A DNA stretch of 64,000 nucleotides from positions 76,754-140,753 of the forward strand of contig JBKBHI010000008.1 in NCBI GenBank assembly GCA_046297835.1, given 5' to 3'. The position numbers and the translations under genes are program-made. Below are positions 48,396 through 56,299 of this stretch, piece after piece. Origin of the DNA: Alphaproteobacteria bacterium. Its GTDB lineage: Bacteria > Pseudomonadota > Alphaproteobacteria > SMXQ01. Numbering within the stretch: position 1 is the stretch's first letter; the number at the start of each line of letters is the position of its first letter. The notes under the pieces were generated by a model. It was not told the origin of the DNA. It saw only the letters and a program-made list of their open reading frames with translations, and did no database searches.

Positions 48396-50356
48396 CACGC
48401 CACCTTCCTGTTCTTCTTCGCCGCGCGCGCCGCCTTCGCCGCGTCTTCCATGACGGCGCTGACCACGGCCTTCATCTTGCGAACCGACACGGCGTTGCCG
48501 ATCTGCTTGATCTGGTCGGTCTTGGTGCCGGCGAACTTGTAATCGTCGAAGCCCATGGCGGGACCAAGCTCGTGCGGCTCGAGCATCCGAAAGAGGATGT
48601 CGTAGCCCTCGGCGGCTTCGACCAGATTGACGTGGCCGGTCGCGCAGATGGTCGGCGCGGGCGCGTCGACGTCATGGGCGCGCGGCGCTTGGCCCGGCGC
48701 TTCGCCGAAGGCGGCGGTGATGAAAGGCCGAGCCAGCCCGAAACGGGCCTTGCTCGTTGCCGTCGGAAGAGGATCATCGGCGCTGTGGCAAGTCTCGCCG
48801 GAGCCCGATCCGTAGTAGGGCGCGATCAAGGCGTGAGCGCCATCCGTCGTGATTGTCGGGACAGGCTCGCCGGTTTCGCGCGGCGCGCCGCCGGACGCCT
48901 GCGAGATGATGAAAGGCTGGACGACGGCATGGCGGCCGCAGCCGGGGTGGTTGTCGGTCCCGGCGCCGCCGGTGGTGATGGTCGGCACCGGCTCGTCGAC
49001 GCTGCGCGCCGGACTGCTGCTTTGCTGCGACAAGATCATCGGCTGCACCAGATAACCGGCACCCCGGCAGGTTGCCGTCGGAGCCGGATCGGAAACCGAA
49101 TGAGCGCGCCGCTCTGCCGCCCCGCCGTCCGCGCCGTTGCGGTCGAGGATGTACGGCTCCGCCATCCAGACGCCGCCCTTGGTGTCGAGCGTCGGGACCG
49201 GCTCGGCCGAGACGGCCTTGGCCTGGTTGCCCTTGCGGCCGTTCATAATGACGGGTTCGGCCACCCCTATCCGGGCTTGTGTCATCACGGTCGGCACGGG
49301 ATCGTCGACGCTCTGCACGTCTCGGCGAAAATTCTGTTTCATAATCACGGGTTCGGCGACGGCAAAGTTTCCGCCGCCGGCGTGGATGGTGCCGAGCGGA
49401 TCGGCCGGATCATGGGCGCGCCGGCTATGAGGATCGGCCTCCGCGGCATCGACGCCGTGCGCGGTGGCGATCACGACAGGCTGCGCCAGCGCGATATGGC
49501 CGCCGTTCGCGGCGATGGTCGGCAGCGGCAGGTCGATGGACTGCGCCGCCATATGGTTGCGCAGGATCACCAGGAAGGGTTCCGGCCAGTTGAACTTGAC
49601 CGCGCCGGCGTAGATGCGGGCCACGGTCTTCGGAGACAGAGGCTTCTTGCGGTCGAAGATCGACTTGCCCTTGAGGCTCCAGTCGATGATCTCGCGCGCC
49701 GGCCGCCAGGGCTTCAGCCCAAGCGGCAAGACGCCCGGCAGCGGCTTGGCGTGGGTCGGCGTCGGCCAGGCGATCGGCTTGCCGTCGAAGCGGATGACCA
49801 TGATGAACCGGCTGCGCGTCGTCGCCTCGCCATAGTCCGCGGCGTTGAGCTTGCGATACTCGAACTCGCCGCCGAGGCCGCGGATCGTGTCGCACCAAGC
49901 CCGGAAGTATTCGCCCTTGCGCTCCTTGATCGGCCGGCCGGTTTTCGGGTCGACCGGGCCCCAATCGCGGAACTCCCAGACGTTCTCGATGATCGCGCGC
50001 TTCACCCGCAGCTCGGTGAACCAGGTGATGATGTGCCAGGGATCGGAGCGCTGCTGGTCGCTGGTCGGCTTGCCGCCGCGCGCGACGCTGTGATGGGTGC
50101 AGGTCGGGCTCGCCATGAGCAGGTCGAGATAGCCCTCGGGCACGACGAGGTGCGGCCGCACGGTCGAGATGTCCTGGCAGTAGTGCCGGGCCTTGGGATG
50201 GTTGCGCTGGTGCGTCTCGATGGCGGTGGGCCAATGGTTGAGACAGACCAATTCCATCTCCAGGCCGAGCGCGTCGAGCGCCTGCGCGCATCCGGTCGAC
50301 GAGCCGCCGGCGCCGCAGAGAAGATCGGCAACGAGGATTTTGCGCAGTTTAGCCAT
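48395..50356 (-). CDS. DNA (cytosine-5)-methyltransferase with internal tandem-repeat region (orphan; no cognate endonuclease seen)
   Basis: 653 aa. Motif I LLCGAGGSSTG, motif IV ASPTCTHHS (PC), motif VI ENVWEF, motif X QIGNAVS. Residues about 300-560 hold 7-8 tandem repeats of 28-40 aa. Confidence 0.85.
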   Translation of the reverse strand: MAKLRKILVADLLCGAGGSSTGCAQALDALGLEMELVCLNHWPTAIETHQRNHPKARHYCQDISTVRPHLVVPEGYLDLLMASPTCTHHSVARGGKPTSDQQRSDPWHIITWFTELRVKRAIIENVWEFRDWGPVDPKTGRPIKERKGEYFRAWCDTIRGLGGEFEYRKLNAADYGEATTRSRFIMVIRFDGKPIAWPTPTHAKPLPGVLPLGLKPWRPAREIIDWSLKGKSIFDRKKPLSPKTVARIYAGAVKFNWPEPFLVILRNHMAAQSIDLPLPTIAANGGHIALAQPVVIATAHGVDAAEADPHSRRAHDPADPLGTIHAGGGNFAVAEPVIMKQNFRRDVQSVDDPVPTVMTQARIGVAEPVIMNGRKGNQAKAVSAEPVPTLDTKGGVWMAEPYILDRNGADGGAAERRAHSVSDPAPTATCRGAGYLVQPMILSQQSSSPARSVDEPVPTITTGGAGTDNHPGCGRHAVVQPFIISQASGGAPRETGEPVPTITTDGAHALIAPYYGSGSGETCHSADDPLPTATSKARFGLARPFITAAFGEAPGQAPRAHDVDAPAPTICATGHVNLVEAAEGYDILFRMLEPHELGPAMGFDDYKFAGTKTDQIKQIGNAVSVRKMKAVVSAVMEDAAKAARAAKKNRKVA

Positions 50357-52025
50357 GCGCCCTCTCCTTCTTCGCGAGATAGCGCTTCACCAGCGCCTGG
50401 ACGTGGGAATAGTCGCTATGGACGGTTTGAACCCCGAGCGACGGATCGACGATGCGCGCCGCTTCCGAGGCTTTGAGGCCGAGCACTTCCATCATTGGCG
50501 GATCGGAGCCCTCGTCGGTGACGAGGAAGATGGCCGTGACAGGCGCGGTCTGCCCTTCCCGATCGAGCCTGCCGATGCATTGATGGTGGACGCCCGGCGA
50601 CCAATCGAGCTCGCCGAAGACCATGGTCGAGCAGCGGAATTGCAGTCCGTCCAGCCCCGCGCCGGAGCGCAGCGACATGATCAGCAGCGAGGTCTTGCCC
50701 TCGACGAACCGCGCCTTGGCCTGCGCCTTCGCGCCTGGGGTCTCGCTGCCGGTGAACATGACCGGCTGTAAATCCCTCAGCTCGGTCAGCCAGATGTCGT
50801 AAACTTCGCGGTGCCAGCCGACCAGGACGACCGGCTCGCCGCTCTCGACCAGGATGCGGACGAACGCGGCGACGGATTTGGCCTTCGCCACGCCTGTGCG
50901 ATGGCGCACCAGCATGTCGAGCTCGCGGGCGGCCCGGCCGCGCTCGGTGAATTCGCCCATCGTCGTCTTGACCGCGAGAGCCCGGGCGATCTCGTCGATC
51001 GACGACAGGGAATCCTGATCGTGGGCCACCGTATCGACGATGCGGTTGACCGGCGGCACTTCCTGCCCGACGTCGCGCTTGGTCCGGCGCAAAAAGGCGT
51101 ATTGCTCCCGAAGATAAGCGCCGAGCGCCGATGGGTCTGAAATCTTCCCCATGCCGCCGGTCCATTCGCGGGTGAACTCGGCGCCGTCGCCGAGCAGGCC
51201 GGGGCGCAGATAATCCATGATGCGCCAGATCTCGGTGCCGTAATTGTAGATCGGCGTCGCCGAGAGGCCGAGGCGGTAGCGGCCGGCGGCCGCCAGCCGC
51301 GCCGCCGCCCGCCCCTTGTCCGATTCGAGGCCGCGCCGCAGTTCCTGGATCTCGTCGAAGGCGACGAGCCCAGGGCCGATGGTCTCGAACATGTCGGCCC
51401 AGCCGAAGATCTGGCTATAGCGGAACACATAGACGCCCGCGGCCGGCAAATTGTAGGGCCGCGTCCCCTTGATCGCGTGGGCGCGCAGGGTGGTGAAGGA
51501 TTCGACGACCTCGCACCATTGTTTCGACAGATGGGCGTGACACACGATGGCGGCGGGCAGCGCGCCCTCTTTGAGCGCGGCGGCGCAGGTGGTGAATGTC
51601 TTGCCGAGGCCGACTTCGTCGCCGAGAAGCAGACCGCCGGAGCGGATCAGCAGCTCGACCGCCTGCGCCTGATAGTGTCGGACCGTTTGCCCTGGCCGCA
51701 GTCCGGCATAGGCCGGCGGCGTGTAGGCCGGGGCCAGCAGCCGCTCCATTTCGGCCTGGTGGGCGTCGAAGGCCAGCCGCCCCTCATGCAATGCGGCGAG
51801 ATCGTCGTCGGCCGCCGCGAGCGGATAGCGGCTGACGAACCAGGAGAGGTCCGCCGCATGCGCAAGATCGTCGGGAAAACGGTAGGGCGGCGGATCGGAC
51901 TTGCGGATGCGCGGAAACAGCTGTTTGAGCCGGATGGCCACATGCGGCTCGACGGCGTCGATGCGCCAAACCCTGCCCAGTAAGGACCGTTCAAGGGTCA
52001 GGCTGCCATAGGTCCTCACAGCCAA
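50349..52025 (-). CDS. SNF2-family (DEAD/DEAH-box superfamily 2) helicase
   Basis: 558 aa. LGDEVGLGKT (motif I), DEIQ (motif II), helicase-C motif VI (QCIGRLDREGQ). 8-nt overlap with the MTase start. Confidence 0.85.
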   Translation of the reverse strand: MAVRTYGSLTLERSLLGRVWRIDAVEPHVAIRLKQLFPRIRKSDPPPYRFPDDLAHAADLSWFVSRYPLAAADDDLAALHEGRLAFDAHQAEMERLLAPAYTPPAYAGLRPGQTVRHYQAQAVELLIRSGGLLLGDEVGLGKTFTTCAAALKEGALPAAIVCHAHLSKQWCEVVESFTTLRAHAIKGTRPYNLPAAGVYVFRYSQIFGWADMFETIGPGLVAFDEIQELRRGLESDKGRAAARLAAAGRYRLGLSATPIYNYGTEIWRIMDYLRPGLLGDGAEFTREWTGGMGKISDPSALGAYLREQYAFLRRTKRDVGQEVPPVNRIVDTVAHDQDSLSSIDEIARALAVKTTMGEFTERGRAARELDMLVRHRTGVAKAKSVAAFVRILVESGEPVVLVGWHREVYDIWLTELRDLQPVMFTGSETPGAKAQAKARFVEGKTSLLIMSLRSGAGLDGLQFRCSTMVFGELDWSPGVHHQCIGRLDREGQTAPVTAIFLVTDEGSDPPMMEVLGLKASEAARIVDPSLGVQTVHSDYSHVQALVKRYLAKKERAHG

Positions 52026-52378
52026 GCCCTACCGAGGCTGACATACCAGCAGGGCTTGTCGCCAATCTCGGCGGGAAGGCCCATGCTCAGATTGGTGACG
52101 AGGATCAGCCCCGCGATCGCGTCATGCGCGGCGTAGCGCTGGAGCTGCTTGTAAACCTGCTGCTTGCGCGCGCCGCGCATCTTCACCTCGATGCCGAGGC
52201 CGCCGGCGAGGAAATCGACGATGTCGCGGTCGGAAAGACGCCGCTCGCGGACATGCGCGATACCGGCCGCGTCGAGCGCCGCGCCGATCATGGCCTGGGC
52301 CCGCTTTTCGTCGGACAAATCGACGCGCGCGCAGGACAGCGCGCGGCAGACCGCGGCGGCTTCGTCCTCCAGCCTCAT
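52016..52378 (-). CDS. VRR-NUC-like PD-(D/E)xK nuclease domain protein
   Basis: About 120 aa from MRLEDEAAAV. D...DIVDF...GIEVK matches the PD-(D/E)xK pattern. ATGA overlap with the upstream gene. VRR-NUC genes commonly pair with phage SNF2 helicases. Confidence 0.5.
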   Translation of the reverse strand: MRLEDEAAAVCRALSCARVDLSDEKRAQAMIGAALDAAGIAHVRERRLSDRDIVDFLAGGLGIEVKMRGARKQQVYKQLQRYAAHDAIAGLILVTNLSMGLPAEIGDKPCWYVSLGRAWL

Positions 52379-52968
52379 CCCTTCAAAATCTCCCGCGCCT
52401 GGCGCATGGCGTCGGTGATGACGTTGAACTCGGCGGCGCTGCCGCCGCGGTCGGGATGTTTGGTCTTGACGAGGTCGCGATAGCGCTGCTCGGCCACCGG
52501 CAACGTCGCCTCCCCCTCCGCTCCGAAGCCAAGCGTGTGCCACCAGGGCGGCGCGATCTGGCCGTCCGGCCCTTTCGGCGGCGGCAGGGCGGCGAAGCCG
52601 CGGAAGGTGGCGCGCACGATGTTGAGGCCGCCGTGGCGCAGCTTGGTGCGTTCGGCCTCGACGACATGCACGATCGCCTGGAGGTTCATCGCCGGCGTCG
52701 CGTAGCGATCGACCGCGAGGCAGCAGTCCATGTTGTCCCAGCGGAAATAGACGGCGATGCCGGGGTCTTCCGGCTCCATCTTCATCAGCGTGACGTTCGA
52801 GCTGATGACGATGTCCGACACCGGCAGGCCGGTGTCTTTGCCGAACAGCCGCAAAGCGGCCATCAGGTTGTCGACCGCCGTGTTGACCGACTGGCGGAAC
52901 GGGCGCCCGGCCGGCGTCTTCGTCCTGGCGTAGCCCTGCGGCCAGTGCAGCGGATAGGCTTGGGTCAC
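52375..52968 (-). CDS. J-domain (DnaJ-like) protein with novel N-terminal domain
   Basis: GTG start (AAGGAA RBS) giving VTQAYPLHWPQGYARTK... The C-terminal QRYRDLVKTKHPDRGGSAAEFNVITDAMRQAREIL contains the HPD motif of J domains. GTGA overlap with the upstream ORF. Confidence 0.55.
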   Translation of the reverse strand: MTQAYPLHWPQGYARTKTPAGRPFRQSVNTAVDNLMAALRLFGKDTGLPVSDIVISSNVTLMKMEPEDPGIAVYFRWDNMDCCLAVDRYATPAMNLQAIVHVVEAERTKLRHGGLNIVRATFRGFAALPPPKGPDGQIAPPWWHTLGFGAEGEATLPVAEQRYRDLVKTKHPDRGGSAAEFNVITDAMRQAREILKG

Positions 52969-53204
52969 GGTGTTTCCTTCGCTCGGTAAAGGGCGGCGGC
53001 CACGCGGCCGCGCCGGGTCGGCTCGATGCGGACCAGCCGCGGGCTGACGTGGGTCATGACGGCCATGCCGCTTTCTTGCAGCGCCTGCCCGAGCCGCGAA
53101 TCGCCGATCGGGCGCACGGCGATCCCGCTGCGGCAGATCTCCAACAGGAGGGCTTCTGCGGCGTCCAATGTCGCGGCGCGGCCGCTGATTTCGGCGGCGC
53201 TCAT
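52965..53204 (-). CDS. Hypothetical small phage protein (about 80 aa)
   Basis: MSAAEISGRAATLDAAEALLLEICRSG... ATGA overlap at both ends. Confidence 0.3.
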   Translation of the reverse strand: MSAAEISGRAATLDAAEALLLEICRSGIAVRPIGDSRLGQALQESGMAVMTHVSPRLVRIEPTRRGRVAAALYRAKETP

Positions 53205-53419
53205 TTCGGCGTCTGGCCGTAGCCACCGCAGATGGGGCACGCCGGATCGACCTCGGTCTCGATGCAGGCCGGACACGGCCGATGATCCTCGGCGCGATAG
53301 GCGAGGCCGCGCTGCCGACCACTCAAGTCTGTGGGCCCGTCGCCGAGCAGCGCGCGGGCCTGGGGCTCGCCGGCGACCGGCAACAGAACGAGGCGCAGCA
53401 GAAAATCCCCGAGCGTCAT
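53201..53419 (-). CDS. Hypothetical zinc-ribbon small protein
   Basis: MTLGDFLL...CPACIETEVDPACPICGG (CxxC...CxxC). ATGA-coupled. Confidence 0.4.
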   Translation of the reverse strand: MTLGDFLLRLVLLPVAGEPQARALLGDGPTDLSGRQRGLAYRAEDHRPCPACIETEVDPACPICGGYGQTPK

Positions 53420-53805
53420 GCGCGATCCTCGCGCCACCAGACGGCGACGCCGGGCTCGCGCGTGAAGCCGCCGAGGTAGGCCGGATGCCGGCCCTCCGGG
53501 ATCTTGCCTTCGCTCTCGATGGCGAGGCGGAGGAGATCGGCGTCGCCGGGGGGGACGACGCCGATCCGCCGTTGACGCGCGTCATAGACTTCGACGCGGT
53601 CGGGAAGCGCTTTGATCATGTCGGCGCAGGGCGCGATGCGCGCGAACCGGGTCTGGCGCTCGAGGCTCTCGAGTGCGGCGCGCGCGGCTTCGAGCTGCAC
53701 GCGAAGGCCCTTCGCGCCCTTGCTGTTCGGCGGCACGCCGACGAGCGCGCGCCGCAGCCCGGCATGGCGGCGGCGCAGGAGGTCGAGGCGTTCGGCCTTG
53801 GTCAT
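53416..53805 (-). CDS. Hypothetical phage protein (129 aa)
   Basis: ORF-track ORF. ATGA-coupled to its neighbours. No recognised domain. Confidence 0.4.
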   Translation of the reverse strand: MTKAERLDLLRRRHAGLRRALVGVPPNSKGAKGLRVQLEAARAALESLERQTRFARIAPCADMIKALPDRVEVYDARQRRIGVVPPGDADLLRLAIESEGKIPEGRHPAYLGGFTREPGVAVWWREDRA

Positions 53806-54071
53806 TTCCTGCCCGCCTGCAAGCGCATCTGCCGATAGCGTACGGCCAGCGCATGGCGCTCGGTCTCGGTCAGCGGGACGTCGCCGCTCTTATGCCATTC
53901 GGCGACGCCGCGCGAGCCGTCCTGGCGGAGCGGATAGACGAGCGCATAATGCGCGCGCCCGGCCGCGTCGCGCAGCCGGACAATCACTTCGTATCTCTGC
54001 GCCTCGGCCGGCGCCGCGAGGATCGGGACGGGGCGGCACTGCTTCGGAAAGGTGACGATGCTCTCGCTCAT
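53802..54071 (-). CDS. Hypothetical phage protein (89 aa)
   Basis: ORF-track ORF. ATGA-coupled. Confidence 0.4.
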   Translation of the reverse strand: MSESIVTFPKQCRPVPILAAPAEAQRYEVIVRLRDAAGRAHYALVYPLRQDGSRGVAEWHKSGDVPLTETERHALAVRYRQMRLQAGRK

Positions 54072-54328
54072 CGGCGGTCGCCGCTGAAACGCGGAGGATC
54101 CTGGCGTTCTCCACCGACCTGCTTTTGGTTCAAATGGATCGCCGCGCCGTCTTCGACGAGTTGTTCCTCGTCCAGATATTGCAGGTCGAGCGGCTTACCG
54201 TCTTTCAGCTCCTCGCTGCGGACGCCGTAGCGGACGCAGCCGTTGATCCAGATCACCGTGCATTCAATCACTCCCTTGAAGCCGGTGATCTGATCGCGTA
54301 CGCGCTGTCCGTTGTTAAAAGTCGCCAT
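54068..54328 (-). CDS. Hypothetical phage protein (86 aa)
   Basis: ORF-track ORF. 4-nt overlap with the downstream gene. Confidence 0.4.
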   Translation of the reverse strand: MATFNNGQRVRDQITGFKGVIECTVIWINGCVRYGVRSEELKDGKPLDLQYLDEEQLVEDGAAIHLNQKQVGGERQDPPRFSGDRR

Positions 54329-54333
54329 GTCGT

Positions 54334-54783
54334 TCAGCCCTCGCTCGGATGATCGAGGGAGGCCCCGCCAAGAGCCTCCCTCGCGGTTGAACCAGTGTCG
54401 CGGCGGGAGCCGTCAGGACCGCCGCCGAAAAAGCGCGTCGTCTCCTCGTTGTGATCGCGCGGCGCTTGCGGCGGCTCGCGCATGGCCGATCGGCGAACGT
54501 CCGGGACTGGTCCCGATCCGTCCGCGATGCGATGGTCGGCGCGCGCCAGCGCGGCCGTCTCGAGACCGGCGAGGCCGAACGCCGCATAGGCGGCGGACCA
54601 TGCGGTCAGCTCCTCTTCGGATAGGCGGTAGATCGCCAGCGCTTCGTCGCGCCCGAGCAGGCGCTCGCGCACCGAGAGCACCACAGCCGCTTTGCGCAGC
54701 GCGGTCCAGCGGATGGCGTGATGGGTCGGCAGTTTGGCGAGCGTGGCGACGCGCTGGCCGGCGACGGAGAGCGGCGCGGCCAT
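54334..54783 (-). CDS. DUF1153-like helix-turn-helix domain protein
   Basis: HAIRWTALRKAAVVLSVRERLLGRDEALAIYRLSEEELTAWSAAY resembles the DUF1153 (RWTxxRKAxVV...LSxEEL) pattern common in alphaproteobacterial mobile elements. Confidence 0.45.
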   Translation of the reverse strand: MAAPLSVAGQRVATLAKLPTHHAIRWTALRKAAVVLSVRERLLGRDEALAIYRLSEEELTAWSAAYAAFGLAGLETAALARADHRIADGSGPVPDVRRSAMREPPQAPRDHNEETTRFFGGGPDGSRRDTGSTAREALGGASLDHPSEG

Positions 54784-54786
54784 AGC

Positions 54787-55056
54787 TCAGCCCTCCGCCT
54801 TGGCGATGGCGGCGCGGACCGGCTCGTAATATTTGCCGCCGCCTGGCCCTGTGGTGCAGAGAGCGGGCACGAAGCACCAGTCACCGCCGCCGATGCCAGG
54901 ACCTTTCACGCCTTCGCGCTGCCACGCCAGCATTGCGGCATGGGCCTCTGCCTCGGTCTCGTAGCCGACGCGGGAAGTGACGCGCCCATAGCCCTGATCG
55001 CGGATAACCATGAACGTCTCGGTCGGCGTGTGCTTGGCTTTCGTCTCGGTCTGCAT
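54787..55056 (-). CDS. Hypothetical phage protein (89 aa)
   Basis: ORF-track ORF. Confidence 0.35.
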   Translation of the reverse strand: MQTETKAKHTPTETFMVIRDQGYGRVTSRVGYETEAEAHAAMLAWQREGVKGPGIGGGDWCFVPALCTTGPGGGKYYEPVRAAIAKAEG

Positions 55057-55058
55057 GG

Positions 55059-55316
55059 CTACGCGCTCCGTTGCGCGCGCATGAAGGCCGCGCCGTTCAG
55101 CTCGTCGGCTTTATGGCGCGCGGCGGAAGGGCTGCTGAACGCGAGCGGCTCGCCGGTCAGATCGTCGAGCGCGACGCGCCCGTCGAACGTGTCGCAGACC
55201 ACGAACTTGCCGTGCAGCCTGGGCGCGCGCGGGTTTTCGTAGAGGCCGGCGATGTAGTGGTGGTTGGCGCTTTTTTGCCGAGCCTCGCGGCTCGAACCGA
55301 TGGACGCGATATCCAT
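55059..55316 (-). CDS. Hypothetical phage protein (85 aa); first gene of the leftward early operon
   Basis: ORF-track ORF. Immediately downstream of the OL-like region. Confidence 0.35.
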   Translation of the reverse strand: MDIASIGSSREARQKSANHHYIAGLYENPRAPRLHGKFVVCDTFDGRVALDDLTGEPLAFSSPSAARHKADELNGAAFMRAQRSA

Positions 55317-55350
55317 GTTGACCCCCGGTAAGTGATCCTGGAGGCCGTTT

Positions 55351-55365
55351 TTACCAATTTGGTAA
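55351..55365. promoter_or_regulatory. OL-like operator: 15-bp palindrome TTACCAA-T-TTGGTAA, plus a CGCAATA direct repeat, between the repressor stop and the leftward operon
   Basis: Read directly (ttaccaatttggtaa). The AT-rich 128-bp segment 55317-55444 contrasts with the GC-rich surroundings. Confidence 0.4.
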
Positions 55366-55444
55366 TTTACCGCAATAGAAAAATTACTTTACGCGCAATA
55401 ATTCGCCGCACAGATGCGGTTTTGGCAAGCCGATCAAGGGGATG

Positions 55445-56170
55445 TCAGGGCGGAGAAATCGACTGCACGACCACGCCGACGATCTCGGCGGCGTCGTCCG
55501 ACGCTGGCTCGTAATCGAATTCTTCCGGTTCCGCTCCCCGCCAGCCCTGAAACCGCTCCGAAAATCCGCGGGTGCCGACGCGGCGGATGTGGAAGCTGCC
55601 GGCGACTCGCGGATCGTCGGACAACATCTCGATCGAAAGGTCGCCCATCAGCGAGCGGTTCAGAATGCCGACCATCACGTCATGGTCGAGGATCGGATCG
55701 CCGGCCCTGCGCTTGACGATGATGATATCGCCGACGCGCAGTCGGCGCCGCAACGAGGCCGTGCGGCGGTAGATCAGCAAAGAGCCCTTCGGATAGAGGC
55801 GATTGGCGCTGTCGTCGGCGACGAACGCGCCGGCGATTCCAGTGAGGTCGGATAAGGTCGGGGGCGGCACGAAACAATCGTTGGGCAGCGCCAGCGACGC
55901 CTTTTCCGTATCGGGAATGTGCGAGGTCTGGATCGTCAGATCGAGAGGAATGGTCGGCGGGCCACCGAAAATCTCGCTGACGCTGACGCCCAGGGCCGCC
56001 GCCAGTTTCGTGGCCCAGACCAAGTCGAGATCTCGCTGCCCCTTCTCGAGACGCGAAATCGTCGCGGCCGTGGTCTGCAGCGGCGCAGCCAGCTCGGCCT
56101 GGGTCAGGTCTTTTTTCACGCGGAGATCGCGGACGCGATCGCCGACGGATTTCAAAGGGTTGGCGCTCAT
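55445..56170 (-). CDS. Phage CI-like repressor (XRE-family HTH + S24 LexA-like peptidase domain)
   Basis: 241 aa from MSANPLKSVGDRVRDLRVKKDLTQAELAAPLQTTAATISRLEKGQ (HTH). C-terminal S24 region with the Ser/Lys dyad context (KGSLLIYRR...GDIIIVKRR). Confidence 0.85.
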   Translation of the reverse strand: MSANPLKSVGDRVRDLRVKKDLTQAELAAPLQTTAATISRLEKGQRDLDLVWATKLAAALGVSVSEIFGGPPTIPLDLTIQTSHIPDTEKASLALPNDCFVPPPTLSDLTGIAGAFVADDSANRLYPKGSLLIYRRTASLRRRLRVGDIIIVKRRAGDPILDHDVMVGILNRSLMGDLSIEMLSDDPRVAGSFHIRRVGTRGFSERFQGWRGAEPEEFDYEPASDDAAEIVGVVVQSISPP

Positions 56171-56229
56171 GAGCGGGACTGTAGGAAACCGCTGCGGCGC
56201 GCTCACTGACGTTGTTGGAAACATGAGGC

Positions 56230-56297
56230 TTGATAATTTGCATATTTGGTAATATTTAAAACCCCCAGATATTGCGGTTGGACGGCTACTGCCAACC
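56230..56297. promoter_or_regulatory. OR-like divergent promoter/operator region between cI-like and cro-like genes
   Basis: AT-rich TTGATAATTTGCATATTTGGTAATATTTAAAA (shares the TTGGTAA half-site with OL; TTGATA/TATTTA promoter-like hexamers). Inverted repeat GGTTGG-N10-CCAACC sits just before the cro-like start. Confidence 0.4.
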
Positions 56298-56299
56298 AG

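Noticed and set aside
52969-53322. Long N-terminal part of ORF 52375..53322 upstream of the J-domain protein
   Set aside because: Arg/Pro-rich with no start context. Better explained by three separate ATGA/GTGA-coupled small genes in other frames (52965..53204, 53201..53419) and a GTG start for the J-domain protein at 52968.
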